DNA of 64,000 nt from Balanoglossus misakiensis. Its lineage: Eukaryota > Animalia > Hemichordata. Shown piece after piece: positions 21,786-37,705 of this stretch (positions are counted from its first letter, which is position 1; the number at the start of each line of letters is the position of its first letter). The DNA lies in contig CM082576.2 in NCBI GenBank assembly GCA_040954595.2, positions 20,507,028 through 20,571,027 of the forward strand. The letters are read 5' to 3'. The notes beneath the pieces were generated by a model that searched no databases, was not told the DNA's origin, and saw only the letters and a program-made list of their open reading frames with translations. Both the position numbers and the translations under genes were made by a program.

Positions 21786-22801
21786 TAGAAAGGGACAGCA
21801 GCTTAGCTCTATTCCTTTTCCAAAGTGTTTGTTCTTTTAAACTACCTGTTTTTTATTTATTCTGATTATGCTAATATGCTAATTTGTCGGTTTGTCACAT
21901 CACAATTTTTGTAGGAAACTCACCCCTGGGAATTTTTTTCAGCCACTGACATACATTCATAATCACATGACATTGATGATCATGGAAAATTTGACCCTTT
22001 TCCTTGTAGGACTCAACCCGTGTCCACCAAATCCGTGCCAGAATGGTGGCTTCTGTCAACCGGCTCGAAATTCCTGCTTTGATCTCACCTGCATATGTAC
22101 TGGTTGCTACAAAGGTGATAGGTGTGAGATATGTAAGTATACAGCGCAGTCTCTTTTACCTTTTGTCTCTGATGCATTCAAATACTGCATGTTTCCTGAG
22201 CATAGGTGTAGCCATCACCACAGCAGAGCTTGGAGCGTTCTTGACATCGAATGCAAGATTACACTCTTCCCAATCAAAATCACTTTCGTAGCGCATAATG
22301 TCTTGATTGTCTTAGTTCAAGAAACATTATGCGCGACTGGCCAATTTTACAGCCTTTTGTCAACGCACATCCACTATGGAAATTCTCACTCCAGGCCAGA
22401 TAGTGTAAATTTACATATGAGTCTACAGGTATGCTTGAAGTCAAGTCAAGCATTTGCAAGGAACCCTCCTCCAGTACACAGGTCTTTGATTTCATGAAGG
22501 GAAGCCCTTGCCTCACAGTCACTGCCACATGATCTATGGAGGTGTGAACAACTTGATACCAGCCTAATATAAGTTGTAGGCACAATCACTCCACACACCC
22601 TTGCCATAATTCTGCAAGGTTTTTGCCATATCTGTACTGTAGAATGAGTAGCAAGGAATAAAATGGCGTCCTTTCTTAATTTCCAGTGCAAAACCCCTGT
22701 GATCCCAACCCATGTATGAATGGTGGATTTTGCCAGCAAACATCGTGCAATTTCTATTCATGCCAGTGTGTGAACTCTTACACAGGTGACATCTGTCAAA
22801 C

Positions 22802-23919
22802 CATAGACCCTAGAGAAAGAAGGACGAGCAACTGCGGCAAAGATCAAAGGGTTTGGGGATTATCTGTATGATGATGTTCTTTTGCATATAATTAACACCC
22901 AGGACAGTTGGACAATGACTTCCTTACTTCGGCACGTGTCAACCCCACCAGTGATGCGAAAACTTGCCACCAAACTGACACTCCTGCATTTCAGCAGCCA
23001 CTGCGTTTTTTTCTAAAATTCTAAAAGTATTACGATGTCTGTGCTAATTATTATGGTCGTCTGTCGGATGAACGGTCATTTCTAGTGCCACAAGCTTCAT
23101 TTAAAAATTGTAAACAAATCATCCATGCCAAATTCCTGTTTAACTTGTGCAGATGTGTTCCATAAATGATTGCTGCGTTCAACCACGTTGCAGTTTTCTC
23201 GTCTTCTGCGAGATGTTCTAAGGTGTTTGTGATAACTTCACGCAAAACGCGAGACTTTGCGTTAGTTTATACACAGTTTATTTGCAAATTGGATTATTGG
23301 GATTTACCTGGAAATAATGTATGCAAAAGAACATCATTTCAAGAAAAAACTGGAGTTGCGCGTCCTTCTTGCATGTCCGACTGGGCACTCATATTTCTTG
23401 GTAACGCTGACACTTTTCGTAATAATTTTATGTTTGCGTGAAGCATTGAAACAAAAATTGTGGTTTAGGGGCATTTTATTTCGCAGTGCGTGAACAATAA
23501 AACAGATTTCACGAAAACAATTTATAAACAAACTGGCTGGATTTTCATGTGTGCGCTATTGCCGCCAGGCAACCCTCGGTACGGTTAGCTCACAGCCTTG
23601 TGAAATACCCGGACTGTTAGACAAAAGATGCTTGTTTTGGACGCTGTCAGACTCAGAGGTGCCAAATTCCTGTTTAACTTGTGCAGATGTGTTCCATAAA
23701 TGATTGCTGCGTTCAACCACGTTGCAGTTTTCTCGTCTTCTGCGAGATGTTCTAAGGTGTTTGTGATAACTTCACGCAAAACGCGAGACTTTGCGTTAGT
23801 TTATACACAGTTTATTTGCAAATTGGATTATTGGGATTTACCTGGAAATAATGTATGCAAAAGAACATCATTTCAAGAAAAAACTGGAGTTGCGCGTCCT
23901 TCTTTCTCTAGGGTCCATG
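22802..23919. mobile_element. TIR element with 7-bp TSD, unit 2 copy
   Basis: Same TIRs and gtcaaac TSD. Confidence 0.9.
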
Positions 23920-24172
23920 GTCAAACAAGTGAGTATATACTTTCAAGACACCCTGCAAACAAACAAGCAATCTTTATTCCGTAGATCTTTAAGCATATTT
24001 ATGCATTGTATATTTTGATGTGAAACTTCAAATTTTATTGGTCTTGTTGCCAAACTTCTGAAGAAATGAGGATATTGTTTTGAAGGGTATTTTATCAGTA
24101 GATAACAAATACCATGGCCCTCCATGCAAATACCCACATGGTAAATTAAAACTGTTACAGGTGTATTTGATT

Positions 24173-24486
24173 TAAGCAATAAAACACCCCCAGCCATGGT
24201 ATACCACGAGATTTTGACCAGTTCACGACATATACGCACGAGCGATAGCGAGTGCGTATATGGAGTTGAACTGGTCAAAATCGAGTGGTATACCATGGCT
24301 GGGGTTGTTTTATTGCTATTATATTATGCCAGTATATTGAAACTTTGCATAAAACATTTTAAAAAGGCATTTTCTTTGACTATGATATATGACTGTGGTA
24401 TATGGCTAATATATCCTGGTCACGTGTCGTGTCTCGACCAATCAAATAGCGTGATTTACACCTTCAATATACTGGTATAATATAAT
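24173..24486 (+). mobile_element. Crypton-like palindromic element, unit 2 copy
   Basis: Matches 8956-9269. Confidence 0.8.
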
Positions 24487-27400
24487 TCCACATATGGATT
24501 ACATGTGGGATAATATTGGGTGCTGGCAGTTTCAGTAAATGAACTGCTCTTAAAAGTTGGGTGTCAGGGCACCCTTGACTTCTTATTGTTCAGTTATACA
24601 TTTAGGAGGCTCAGTTATAGGAGAACCCGATAGAACCACAGCTGTAGGAATTAGGGAAATGGTCATACCCTAAAAAACTTATGTCACTACTATTTTTTTT
24701 TCATGCCATTGAAACAGAACAAACTCCATGTAGGCCAAGTCCATGCCTGAACAATGGGCGGTGTACTCAGCTGTCTTGTACAACTTATGAGTGTACTTGT
24801 CCAGGATGTTTCACCGGCACACACTGCAGCCAGTGTAAAACTCATTAAAACAAACATTTGTCATGCAGGAACTAACATTTACAATCATGTCTCAATACAT
24901 TGTCTGTTGGTCATACTTTATATTTTCATCTTCAGCATCACACCTTGGTCCTTGGGAATCGGTCACCTCAAAAATGATGTACAGCTGAAAGAAAACATGT
25001 TTATTTGAAGAAAAAACTGTTGATCGTTCATGAAAATTTTCCCTACACAAGATACATATACAGAGATTTTCATAGCCCCATAAGTGCGTCCCAGAATGAG
25101 CAAGTTGTTTTTGGAAGTGAAGTTCCGTTCAGTATTTACAGTAATGGTAATGATGATGTTTTCATCAAACAGATTTTGAAAGTAAATATTGCTGAGATAA
25201 CATTAGGTTGCACTTTTTATTGCAGTCCAAGATCCAGGCCAGCGAAACAGCTGTCTCAACGGGGCTGTATGTAATGCAGTGGCCAACTCCTGCACGGCAT
25301 ATACCTGTGCCTGTACTGGTTGCTATGAGGGTAACCGTTGTGAAATATGTAAGTTTCTGACGTACCGTAAATGACAATCTTTTGGGCACTTTCTCTTCAT
25401 GGCAATTGAATTGTGTGGTAACTTCTCATTTCTAAAATTTCCCCAAGAGAAAAGAAAGGAAAAGGAAACAGAAATTTCATTTGTATGTCCGTGCAATTTA
25501 GGATAGGCACGAACTTGTGAGGAAGTGTACGAAGTTGGATGTTTTCATCACTCAAATATACAAGAGTTGCCTCTTGAAGACTAGTGTCTGTAGAGATAAT
25601 TGTGCATGTGAGGTAATCTCTCCTAAGGTGGTGCACACCTCTTAGTATTAAGTAAAAGAGACGTCCTTAATTATCCTTACTATTTGGCTTGAAAAATCAA
25701 TCTTACTAGGTGTTCTGATTAGAGAGGTGTCCATAAAGTCAGGTTTTACTGTATTACCCAAAATAGAGACATTGTCCCTTCATCATATACTTAATGCGTG
25801 TTCTGGGTATGGTTCCAGTATAATGCTTGTGTCAAAGGATTTTGTTGTGGTGCAGGAATCATCTTTGGTTGAGGTGTAGCCATCTGCATTTCATGTGTTT
25901 TAAACTATTTTTTTTTCTGATTGTCATTAACCCATGTGATCAGAATCCGTGTCAAAATGGAGGCTATTGTTCCAAAACACCAAATTCTTATACTGACTAC
26001 ACCTGTTACTGCCAGTAGTGTTGGACTGGGGCCATCTGTGCCGTAGGTGTGTCGAATTACTGTTTTATGACACAGCGTGGTATATAAACCCTCATTTTTG
26101 GTATTCTCAATGTGATAGATGGACCCATACACCAATAAATGGGGTGGAAGCATTACTAAGTTTCATCCTTTCAAAATTTGCTGATGTAGGGTCAAAATTG
26201 AGTGTGAGGTGCATGTTAAAAAGGAAAGCCTTCTGTATCATGTTGATGGCACATTTTTTTAATTTTTCAAGATTCTTACAGAAAAATCCTAGCAATAGCA
26301 TCATTATGTTATTTTAAATGTAAAGGTTTGAAACAAGGAATGAAGACATTGCTCACATATTTAAACGAAATGAACATCACAAGTACATGTACAAGTTTTT
26401 GACAAGCAGGTAATTGATACTTTCATTTTTGTTTTGGCAGCCATTGATCAGTTATACCCTATGCCTTGTCAAAATGGTGGCACATGCGTTGCGTGAGACG
26501 GCTGTTTCCTGTTTGACTGTATGTGTACCGAATGCTTCACTGGTGCCACATGTACAATGCGTAAGTACTAACCAATATTATTTTATTCAATGCAAAACAC
26601 TTGTTATATATTATATAATATAAGTACGGTACACATATTAAAGCCCTGGTAACTCAAACTTTGGGCTAGCTTAATGTTATCACTATTTTTGTTTTCGGTT
26701 GCAACTGTGGTTTCTTGTCACACTCTAAAGGATTTCACAGCATTTGGTTTTTCAAAACAGCCCTTTGGTTGTTGTCATGTATACATGTACATGACTGTGG
26801 AGTGTAGTTTGTAGATTCTGTAATTTTGACAATATCTTGACTGCACATCCCACAGCTGTCAACCAGTGTCAACCCATCCAGTGTCGGAATGGTGGAAACT
26901 GTGTGCTGACGCCCAATTGGTGTACTGAATTCACATGCTCCTGTACAAGCTGTTACTCCGGCGATTTATGTCAGACATGTGAGTGATTTTAAATTTCAGA
27001 TGAAGAGGAACATAATAACATAACACATAATCGGCTTGCAGTTGGTTTCTTCCAACCTGTATCAAACAGTGAATAACGACACAATTTTGGGGAAATTTAT
27101 TAAGAATGTGTGTGCCATAAAAGGGGATTGTGTATTTGACCAAATAACAACCTGCACCGTATGGTACACTAAGACACTATTACACCTGTGTCAAAATTTC
27201 ATTACGTTTCTTTTGTTGAACATGGAAGAAATTTGTCACAGTGATGTTCTGTTGACCAACTGAGATTTTTACCACTCAACCCTGACTGCACAAATCTGTT
27301 TAAAGTATATGTAGTAAATATTAACTGTACACAATTTATATCACTTTCTCTTCTGTGCACAGATTTGAATCCGTGTCAGCCCAACCCTTGTCTAAACAGT

Positions 27401-30400
27401 GGATTCTGCCAGCAAGTGTCCTGCACCGAGTTCAGATGCCAGAGTCCACGCTGTTTCATCGGAACCACGTGCGCTGAACGTAAGCAAACCAGTGTCAGAT
27501 TTCCCGCACAAAGTAGAAATCGCTGGGCTTTGTCATTGATATTGTCTCAATAAAGTTGCCTGTGATTGTGCAGCTAACCAAGAGACTTATATGCACTACG
27601 GTAGCCATGATGAATACTTTCATTGACTCAAATGCTCATCAGTGTAGATGTTGCTATTTTTCCAACCGTAAATTGAAACATCAGAAAGTTATGACATCAA
27701 CTACCCCCACCCCCACCCCACCCACCCCCAACTAGTAAATATTATAAGATTCAGTAATTATGATAAAGATGGTAGCACCAAGCTTGGATCAAGTGGTCTT
27801 CATTATCCTTCACACATGAACATGATCACACGGATGTGCAATCTTCTGACAGTCTGCTACAGATTTCACTTCCCACTCAAGTGTGTAAGACCCTAATGTG
27901 ATACTTTTCATTTCTCTCACCCTTAGCGATCAACCAGTGTCTTCTAAACCCATGTCTGAATAACGGAGTGTATCAGCCACTTCAAGGCTCCTGCTCAATC
28001 TACACCTGCAACTGTCCAACCTGCTACACTGGGCAAACATGTGTTACATGTAAGTCACAAGTTTTTAGGTCCCATTGGTATGTACCATGGGAACTTATGG
28101 GATTGGTTACGTCTGTATGTATGGATGGATGGATGGATGTATGTCTGTATGTCCGTCCACATAAAAAAACTTGAAAACCGCAGCGCGTTTGACCTCGATA
28201 TTTGGCGTGTAGATGCAGGCAGGGCTGTAGATGGGAGTTTGTTCAAATGAAGATGTCATTGCCAAAAATATGCAAATTAGCTGGGAAAATGTGAAATTGG
28301 TCAAAACTCAAAAACTGGACAACCACTGGTCATATTGATTTGAAAAATGGTATGCATGTACCTTATATCAACCTCATACAACCCTGTATGTTTTGAGCTA
28401 ATATTATCGATTTCCTATTTTTTTTGCATTTTTTTGTATTTTTCCATGTTATTGGTAAAAGTCTTTGAAATTTAGTATGAAGCCTCCTAATGTTGTCTAA
28501 GTAACCATAGTTTTGTTCAAATTGTTGCAAAATTTGCATATCTATAATTTTGAGCATTATTTGCCATTTTTGGTCAAAAAATGTTTTTCTTTAAAACCTC
28601 ATGCCAGATTGCTTTGCAATTTGGTAGGCATGTTCGTAGGGGTAACCTAAATAATATGTTGTAAAAAATGTGATATTTGCATAAATGTGTTATCGGGGAA
28701 ACTTTTGCAATTTTTGTCAAAAATTGTTTTCACTGAAACCACTTGTCCTATTGCATTGAACTTAGGCAGCATGTTCCTTGTAGTGATTGAAGTAAGATAT
28801 TGTACAATTTTGGTGATATTTTCATATTTGTGTTTTTGCCACTTTTGAACAAATATTTTCTGTGAAACTGCTTGTTGGATTGCTTTGAAATTAGTTTTTT
28901 CTCTGATTGCTTTGAAATTTAGGATATAATTTCATAACACATACCTGTATATGTGCAACTTTTATTCAATTCTGAGATCAGAAAGATTAAATATTTAGCG
29001 AGTTTTTTTGGTAAGTTTCTTTGTTTTTGGTTAGCAAATCTTCTCCTAAACAAATTGTCCAGTTGTTTTTAAAGTTACTATTTACAAGGAGTTGTTACCT
29101 CGAACAAAGACATGTTTACATAACTTAAATAGGCCAGCTGTTACAGAGACCACCAGCTATCACATTTTAATTACCAGTGGCAGGTCAGTGTGTGTCTGTT
29201 CCAGGGCTGACTGAAAGAAGTTGCTTCGCATATGTGTTTGTGTACAGACAATTTTTGGTCAATTTCTTTTTCTAGCACCACTTGTAAGACTGCCATGACA
29301 CATGACAGTTTATTGGGCATGTTCCTTGTTAATGTTTTTACATTGCATATTTCTATATGGTCAGATCATAAGTGCTTGCAAATGTCACCTGTAATTTTTA
29401 TTCTGCTGTGTCACTGTTTCCGCATAATCCTCAAATGTCATCAGATCTCCGAATGTGATGAAAACAGTGTGTTTTGAGTGGGTTTTTTTAATGACCTTTT
29501 GGGTTAAAAGTGGCAAAAATGGCAATTTTGTCTTCAAAGGGGTCAATAAGACTGACTTTTTTGGAATCAGCACCATTTTTTACATTGAATGGACTAGTCT
29601 GCTCAAACTTTCCTTACCAAAAATTCTGTTTAATCTTCTGTAACATGTATACTAGTGTACATGTAGCTGCCTGATAGTTTGCCCTGTGTGTGTAATTGCT
29701 GAGTGACATAACGCATTCTGTGATTGATGCAGTCACGTAACCACCAATCGAACGATTGTTATAAGGAGAACTGCACGACCTTTAACCGCATTAGCATACC
29801 TGATTTTTAGGGCTCGATATTACCTCTGAGGACGCAATATTTAAGTTGAAGTTTTTTTATTTTATCATATTAGAGCAAGAAGACTTGTCTTTTATGTAAA
29901 AGAAGTAGACCCTAATATACAGAGTGCATTTTGAAACGATAGGCAGTTCCGGCCCATAGCCTAATTCTTCATTTTTCTGTCATGCGTAGGAATTGATTAG
30001 TGCTAACAACCCATGTCAAAATGGCAGCACTTGCCAACCCTAACCTCGTGTGTGGCATTGACGTGCACCTGCCAAGGATGCTTTACTGGGAGCGCTGTGA
30101 AAATTGTCAGTCAGTTTCTTTTGTCAAATTAATCAATATGTGTGGGACTGCTATACATGTATATAAAACAGAATACTGCGATGGAAAATTCTATAACTTA
30201 ATGTTTCAGTGGATATATGACTTAAAGTTAGCAGTATGCAGTGAATTCAACAGAAAGTGTAATTTCCTCTTGTGTGAGCTCTGTGCGACTGTGCCAATGA
30301 AAATCTCACCACAAACAAAAATGACAGGTATACACTGTATATTAGCAGCTTTGTCTCTGTAATAGCCATAGTGTTTTGAAGTTGAAAACTTGCAAAGTGT

Positions 30401-30616
30401 GCAGTTTTATTCACACTACAAAGGAAACATTGTTGAAACGGATTATCTGTGTACATTGTCAAACTGTACACTTGTCGCGAGATTTATTCTCAATTATATT
30501 ACTAGTATATCATGCTACCGTCTGCAACTCTGATTGGACGAGAGCTAAATCCAGCGATGCTAAAATACTCAATAATGCACTGCTGGCAGTGGTAAAACGG
30601 GCTTTCTGTTTGCCAC

Positions 30617-30929
30617 ATGGGTTTGTTCTTTAGGTTGTTGTATGTGTTTACACCCATCATGTTTATTGTAGAACCAGGGTCGATCAGTGAGGCAACTGCT
30701 GTTTGTTCTATCTGCACTGTTACTCGAGGCCTCCTGCCATTTGATTGTTGTACAGTGAAGCAGTATTCATCTCCCGAGCTGTCTTCCACTTTATGCACAG
30801 CTTTGACAGTTTTATCCTTGTCTACCCTATTTGCCTTGCCTTTTGAATGGTAGCATTTGGCTAAATGGTTAGGTTTGCCACACTTCCTGCATGACTTGCC
30901 TTTAGCTGGACATACTGAGTCATGTGGTA
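30617..30929 (-). mobile_element. Gypsy gag/protease fragment, unit 3 copy
   Basis: Same translation as 495-807. Confidence 0.85.
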
Positions 30930-32874
30930 CCATTATTAAAATTGGGGCCAGTCATCAAAACGTAAGTGAGCCAAAAAACTACAGGTCAGATAAATTGTTT
31001 TCTCGTAAATTCAACATTAGAATCAAATTTGGCGTTGGAAACAAACGGCGGGTCGCCAGTTCCTGGTCTGGAGGCTGGTAGAGTCACGTCTTGAAGACTG
31101 GCCCCTATTTTAATAATGGCATTGTCATGACCGGCCAACCTTTGACCTCGGAGACCACAATGTAGAGCTATCGATCAGCTTTTCGCGTTTCAATCAAACA
31201 TTGCAATCACGGGCTAAAATCACTAACTAGTTGATACCTTTTTCGGTGTTTCATCTAACCTTTGAAAGGAGTATAATAAAAATGAAATGACCGCACGTAA
31301 TGTGCATTTCTTGTTCACGTGTGGGGACTATATGTGTGCGTAATGATCCAAATGCAAGGGGTCGTGTGAACAGGCCTTAAATAATGAGTTTGCGTTAAAT
31401 AATGAGTTTGCGTTAAATAATAAGTTGACAAACGGCGCGAGTGCATTTTTTCATGGTTTAGAAATCACTTATTTATATATAATTCATTATATAATGTAAA
31501 TCACTCATGATATATATATAATAGACTTGCACTTAAATTATTTATAAATCACTCATGATATATATATAATACACTTAAATTTTTTTTATTTATAAATAAT
31601 TAATTATATATAAATAATTATGTACATCACTCATGATATATATATAATAGACTGACACTGACATTGTTTATAAATAATTTATTATATATAAATAAAAGAG
31701 CATAAAATACATTTTATGTATATAATTGAATCGACTTGAAATTATTTATAAATAAATTGTCAGGACTTAAATGGTTTGCAAATCTATAATTACATACATA
31801 TAAGTATGTTAAATAACGACTTTTGAACAAATAATTTAGCTAAATAATAAGTTAACACATGGCACCCCATACAAACATTACGTCCAGTCCAAATATTCTG
31901 CCAATTTTACATCCAATGCATTCAAATAGTGGACTGCTTCGCTTTCATCAAGTTTTCATGTGCATCGTATAAGTAGACTTTTGTTTTGTCCCGTCTTTTC
32001 ACCGAATTTGCTCTTTTCCAAATCTCCGACACAGACTATGATCGTCACATTCTTGTCTGTTGTTAGAACAGCACACTGCCATATGGCATTGACTGTATAC
32101 AGTTTCTGTTACCAATATCTCTGGTTTGGCATTTTCCTGTCCTCAATCTTTTGCCAGGGATTTTTGTGTCCCCAACCCGCGTGAGAATCCCACGTCTTTG
32201 AAGGTATGACTGTGACTATAAGATTCTATAAATCTCTGTTTATTTTCAGCACAAACATCATGTGCTGATTGCCCAGCTGGTAACCAATGTCCAAATGGTA
32301 ACACTGTGATTTTATGCTCGGCTGGTTATTACAGTTCGGCCTTGGACAAAGGATGTCTCGCTGTACCTCTTGCATAACAGGTAAACTTCTACCCACCAAC
32401 CTTTATTTCCAACATCAAACATTAGGTCAGGTAATTTACTAACTGAAAAATAGGATGGAACATTTTCCATTTCTGTATTTAAAATTTACTGATATAATAT
32501 ATGAATGAAAAAATGACAATTTTTCCAAATTTGAATAGACCTCTATTTATGAAAATAATTAAAATTTGCGCCAATTTTTTACAGTGGTATTCAAAGGTTA
32601 ACTTGGTGTGTATATTCTTTGTTTGATTTACAGATCAGCCGGTGCTGAACAGTGTACTATTTGTGAGCAAGGGTACGCCTGCACAGATCCCAGTGCATCG
32701 CAATTCAAGTGTACCAAGGGTTACGTGTCATTGGCTGGTGCAACAAACTGTACCAGATGTACAAATGGTAAGATTGTGGTACTTGTTCAGTTTGCTGTGT
32801 GATGAAACTGAGTGGTATGTGTGTATGCATGTATGTGTTTACAACAGATTTTCAAGTCAGTGCGACTGGGGTTA

Positions 32875-32906
<32 letters not shown>

Positions 32907-35900
32907 TACAACAGATTATCAACTCAGTGCGAAATCTTGCGAGACCCGGTTAGCCATGTGAGATCTCGCAGAGTCTTATGATATTCAGAAAATGGTTGAT
33001 TAGAAATGACGTTTAATGTCCTCCAAAGAATTTTCTACATGCCCGTATACTTGTCTCAGAATTATGAAGTGAATCATCTCAAGTAATTTGTTATTTTAAA
33101 TGACACTGTATCACAAATACTTCACTAAAAACCTCATTTTCTTTAATCAGATGAAATAAGTGAGGAGCCTGCACGCACATCCCGTCTTCTGTGCCCTGCT
33201 GGACAATCGTGTTCAGATCCAATGTAAGATCCGCTTGACTGTGGCAATGGTGAATATGCTATGGAAGGCGACGGCACATGCACGCCTTGTCCAGCAGGAT
33301 CCAAGTGTCCAACCATGTCACCCGTAGTTGATTGTTCAACAGTTACTGGTAAGTTGGGCTGCAAATTACTCTTATGACTTCCCTGTGTTATAGCATGACA
33401 TACACAGAAAATTAAACTGTTATGCTCATTGGAGTTGATATTGTGATGCACTTTGAAAAACACAATGATTCCACTGAAGAGGTATTGTACAGTAACACCT
33501 GTGATTACGGACATCTCTCTAATAAGGGATCGTTGGACCAAACCAATCGTTCTTTGAATTTTTTCTGTGATAGGTTCATACTCGCTAGGTTCGGCCAAGT
33601 CCTTCTGGTTATGAATGCACAACTACAAATGTCACACAGTGCGCTACAGGGAAGTAAAGTGTTGAAGGAGGTAAGTCTTGAAATCTCTTTTCTTCTGGTC
33701 TCGATTTGAACATGGTTCCACAAGTTGTTTACATCACTTGTAGTTTTACATATTTTTTTAGTTCAACAGCTATGCTATACATGGTGTCCTGAGAAGTCGA
33801 CCAGTATGAGAAGTCGGTATCGGCCAGTACGAGAAGTCGGCCTGTGGGAGAGAACCCTGGTACTTTGTGTTATATATAACTGTTTCACTACGAAATGTTT
33901 CCTTGATGTACAGGAGCTGAGATATTTGTACAAATAGCCGATGAATTTTAAAACTGTCTGTTCACTTTTCATGTACGTCACCGGGGTACGTCAACATCAG
34001 TCACCTGCACTTCTTGAGCTGCGCCAGTAGTCTGTTCCTTGTCACGTTTGTTTGTTTGTTTGTTTGGTGTTGTCTCAGAAAGTATGAATATACACATACA
34101 TCTTCTATGTATTTTAGTAGGCTTTGAAACAACTCCCTTTAATCAGAAATGTCACAGGAATTTGGCGAACAACCTAAGCTCCTTACGCGGATACGGGGAT
34201 GGGGAACTGGTACGGATGCCAGACGCCATTATTTGAAATGACGCCATTGTGTTGTCAAGAATTTGGGAAATCCGTCCAAATGAAAATATTTAGTGCAATT
34301 ATATTTTATTAAGTGTTGTTATAAGTGATCTGGGTCATCACTGCACTATTCGGGTACAAGTTCAACAACTGGCCGACTTCTCATACGCGCGTAGTGGCTG
34401 ACTTCTAATCTGGCCGACTTCTCATGTATTCCTATACATTAGTGAAAATTGGGGAAACTGGTGTTTTCAGACAACTTATGAAGTCCCTTTCGCAATATTA
34501 ACTCTAAAACAGCGGGTGATATTCCTTTTAAAATTTAACCAAATAAGCATACTTGAACTCTGTCATATCGGCAAAACACTCACTACACAAGCTGCTGTTA
34601 TTCTACAGACATGACATGTGCTGATTGCGGCGTAGGTAACTACTGTCCAGATGGGTCAGACAGCCCCATTCCTTGTCCATCAAGTTATTATGCTGACACA
34701 GCCACAGAAGTATCCTGTACCCCTTGCGATCCAGGCTGTCAGTGTGCAGCAACATCACCCACTTGCCTGCACATCAAGAACCTACTCTCTGGGACCATCA
34801 ACAACATGTACTCCCCTTCTACCAGGTTTGTAGTCGTCTTAGTCGTAAAAACATATTTAAGGTGTTGGGCACCTCGAAATAAAGGGTCGTCTGATCATGT
34901 TAAAATTAATACTGATGATACTATGACTTCTAAACATTTAATCTATGGAATAAAAATTGGGGGTCAACCATCTAGAGTTTTGAAAAAGCGCCCTTTATCT
35001 AGCACCTCTTTCAGATTTTGCCAGGCTCGTAGATTTTTGTAAAATGGCCTCAAAAATAAGAATTTTGGAAGGTTTGTCATATTTTTTCACCATTGTAGAA
35101 TCTAAATGTTCTGAATTATTTTATTTTTAGCAATTTTGAGATTGCTTCATGTTCAGTATGATAATCGCATGTCAATACAACTGTTACATTAAAGGAAAAG
35201 TTCAAATCCGCCTAAAACCACATTGCATTGGTACCTAGTTAAGTTGTCCTCACTTCTGACGCAAAATTTTGATGTGCAATGCACGTGTCTGTGAAATTGA
35301 CGAATAAAAAAATTGTATACCAGTGCAAAATTAAAAACTCCCTGTGCAGCCTTCTTGGCAACTGCATGCTGGGAAAAGTACTCGGATGATGACGAAAAAG
35401 TTTCGGGGTTCCGGGTAGTGCTACCCCGGAATACAATGTTGGGTGCAGACTCCAACTATGGAAAAGAGATGCAGAATGTCATGTGATATAGTAGTGAAAA
35501 CAAATACACGTTGGTTCACGTATTTCAGCTCTCAGCAATCAGGGTGCATTAAAAGGCCTTGATTGGTGTGATATTCACAATTGATGATTATAAATACTTA
35601 CAGTTGTATACTGTTTTATTTTGTAAATATTGTGTACATTTGCAGCAATGAATCCGTGCGAACACAAACCTTAACCCATGCCGGAATGCTGGTACTTGCC
35701 AAGCAATCCAGGGATCTTGTACAGGCGTCACATGTCTATGTGCTGGCTGCTACCTGGGCTTCACATGTGAAACACGTGAGTACAGTACTTTGTCATTTAT
35801 TAAAAAATCTAAGTGCTGAGGTACATTGTAGTAATAATAGCAGGTGTAGTCATTATCATCATCATCATCATCTTTAAGTCAGTCATATGATCGGTAATAA

Positions 35901-36224
35901 AAACAGTAAAATCACCAGTATAAAAACATAACAGAGAAATAATGAACGTGTACTGGTGTTACCATAGGTAACTGTTGTATAAAATTTTGAATTCCTGTCT
36001 TCCAGTTCCTAATCCATGCTTCACTAGTCCTTGTCTCAATGGAGGTACCTGCCAACAACAGGCAAATTCTTGTACTGCCACCATTGGCATGTGCACAGAG
36101 TGTTACTAGGGAAACAGGTGTGAGACAAGTAAGTTTGAATCTATAGCAGTTAATAATGATAATTATCATTTTTTTTTATTATGATTTAAACTTCACTGAT
36201 GTTGTACAAACACAAAAATAGAAA

Positions 36225-36689
36225 TAATAATAATAATAATAATAATTTATTTGTATAGCGTCAGTATCCACAAAAAATGTGATCAATGACGCTTAAAGCA
36301 AAAGTACAATACAACACAACAAATGGCTAAAAAACAGATTTAAAAAGTAAAGTTTTAACATTTGATTTAAAAACAGATAAGTCTGGTGCCTGGCGAATGG
36401 TGAGTGGAAGATTATTCCAAAGAATTGGAGCAGCAACAGTAAAAGCACGATCACCATAACTCTTGGTGCGTGATCGAACAGGGCAGAGTTTGAACTGATC
36501 AGCTGACCTCAAATTGCGACACGGAACATATAGATTAGTCATGCTAGAAAGATAGATTGGACCAAGTTTATGAATGGATTTAAAAATGAGAACTAACATC
36601 TTAAAAACAATACGCTCTGTAACAGGTAGCCAGTGCAACTGATACAAAATTGGAGTGATGTGACAGGTGATTTTTGAATGAGTAACAAT
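36225..36689 (-). mobile_element. L2-type LINE 3' fragment, unit 3 copy
   Basis: Identical ORF 36327-36647. Confidence 0.9.
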
Positions 36690-37705
36690 TAGAAAGGGAC
36701 AGCAGCTTAGCTCTATTCCTTTTCCAAAGTGTTTGTTCTTTTAAACTACCTGTTTTTTATTTATTCTGATTATGCTAATATGCTAATTTGTCGGTTTGTC
36801 ACATCACAATTTTTGTAGGAAACTCACCCCTGGGAATTTTTTTCAGCCACTGACATACATTCATAATCACATGACATTGATGATCATGGAAAATTTGACC
36901 CTTTTCCTTGTAGGACTCAACCAGTGTCCACCAAATCCGTGCCAGAATGGTGGCTTCTGTCAACCGGCTCGAAATTCCTGCTTTGATCTCACCTGCATAT
37001 GTACTGGTTGCTACAAAGGTGATAGGTGTGAGATATGTAAGTATACAGCGCAGTCTCTTTTACCTTTTGTCTCTGATGCATTCAAATACTGCATGTTTCC
37101 TGAGCATAGGTGTAGCCATCACCACAGCAGAGCTTGGAGCGTTCTTGACATCGAATGCAAGATTACACTCTTCCCAATCAAAATCACTTTCGTAGCGCAT
37201 AATGTCTTGATTGTCTTAGTTCAAGAAACATTATGCGCGACTGGCCAATTTTACAGCCTTTTGTCAACGCACATCCACTATGGAAATTCTCACTCCAGGC
37301 CAGATAGTGTAAATTTACATATGAGTCTACAGGTATGCTTGAAGTCAAGTCAAGCATTTGCAAGGAACCCTCCTCCAGTACACAGGTCTTTGATTTCATG
37401 AAGGGAAGCCCTTGCCTCACAGTCACTGCCACATGATCTATGGAGGTGTGAACAACTTGATACCAGCCTAATATAAGTTGTAGGCACAATCACTCCACAC
37501 ACCCTTGCCATAATTCTGCAAGGTTTTTGCCATATCTGTACTGTAGAATGAGTAGCAAGGAATAAAATGGCGTCCTTTCTTAATTTCCAGTGCAAAACCC
37601 CTGTGATCCCAACCCATGTATGAATGGTGGATTTTGCCAGCAAACATCGTGCAATTTCTATTCATGCCAGTGTGTGAACTCTTACACAGGTGACATCTGT
37701 CAAAC

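Larger units (their letters stand above)
17345..30105 (+). pseudogene. GCC2/GCC3 + EGF-repeat pseudogene fragment, copy 2
   Basis: Same 17 exons and shared lesions; E3 reads LNPC instead of LNQC; E6 donor intact. Confidence 0.88.
15218..30122 (+). repeat. Tandem macro-repeat unit 2 (14905 bp)
   Basis: Near-identical to unit 1 except it lacks the 11399-11712 insertion; sparse SNPs and 1-bp indels. Confidence 0.98.
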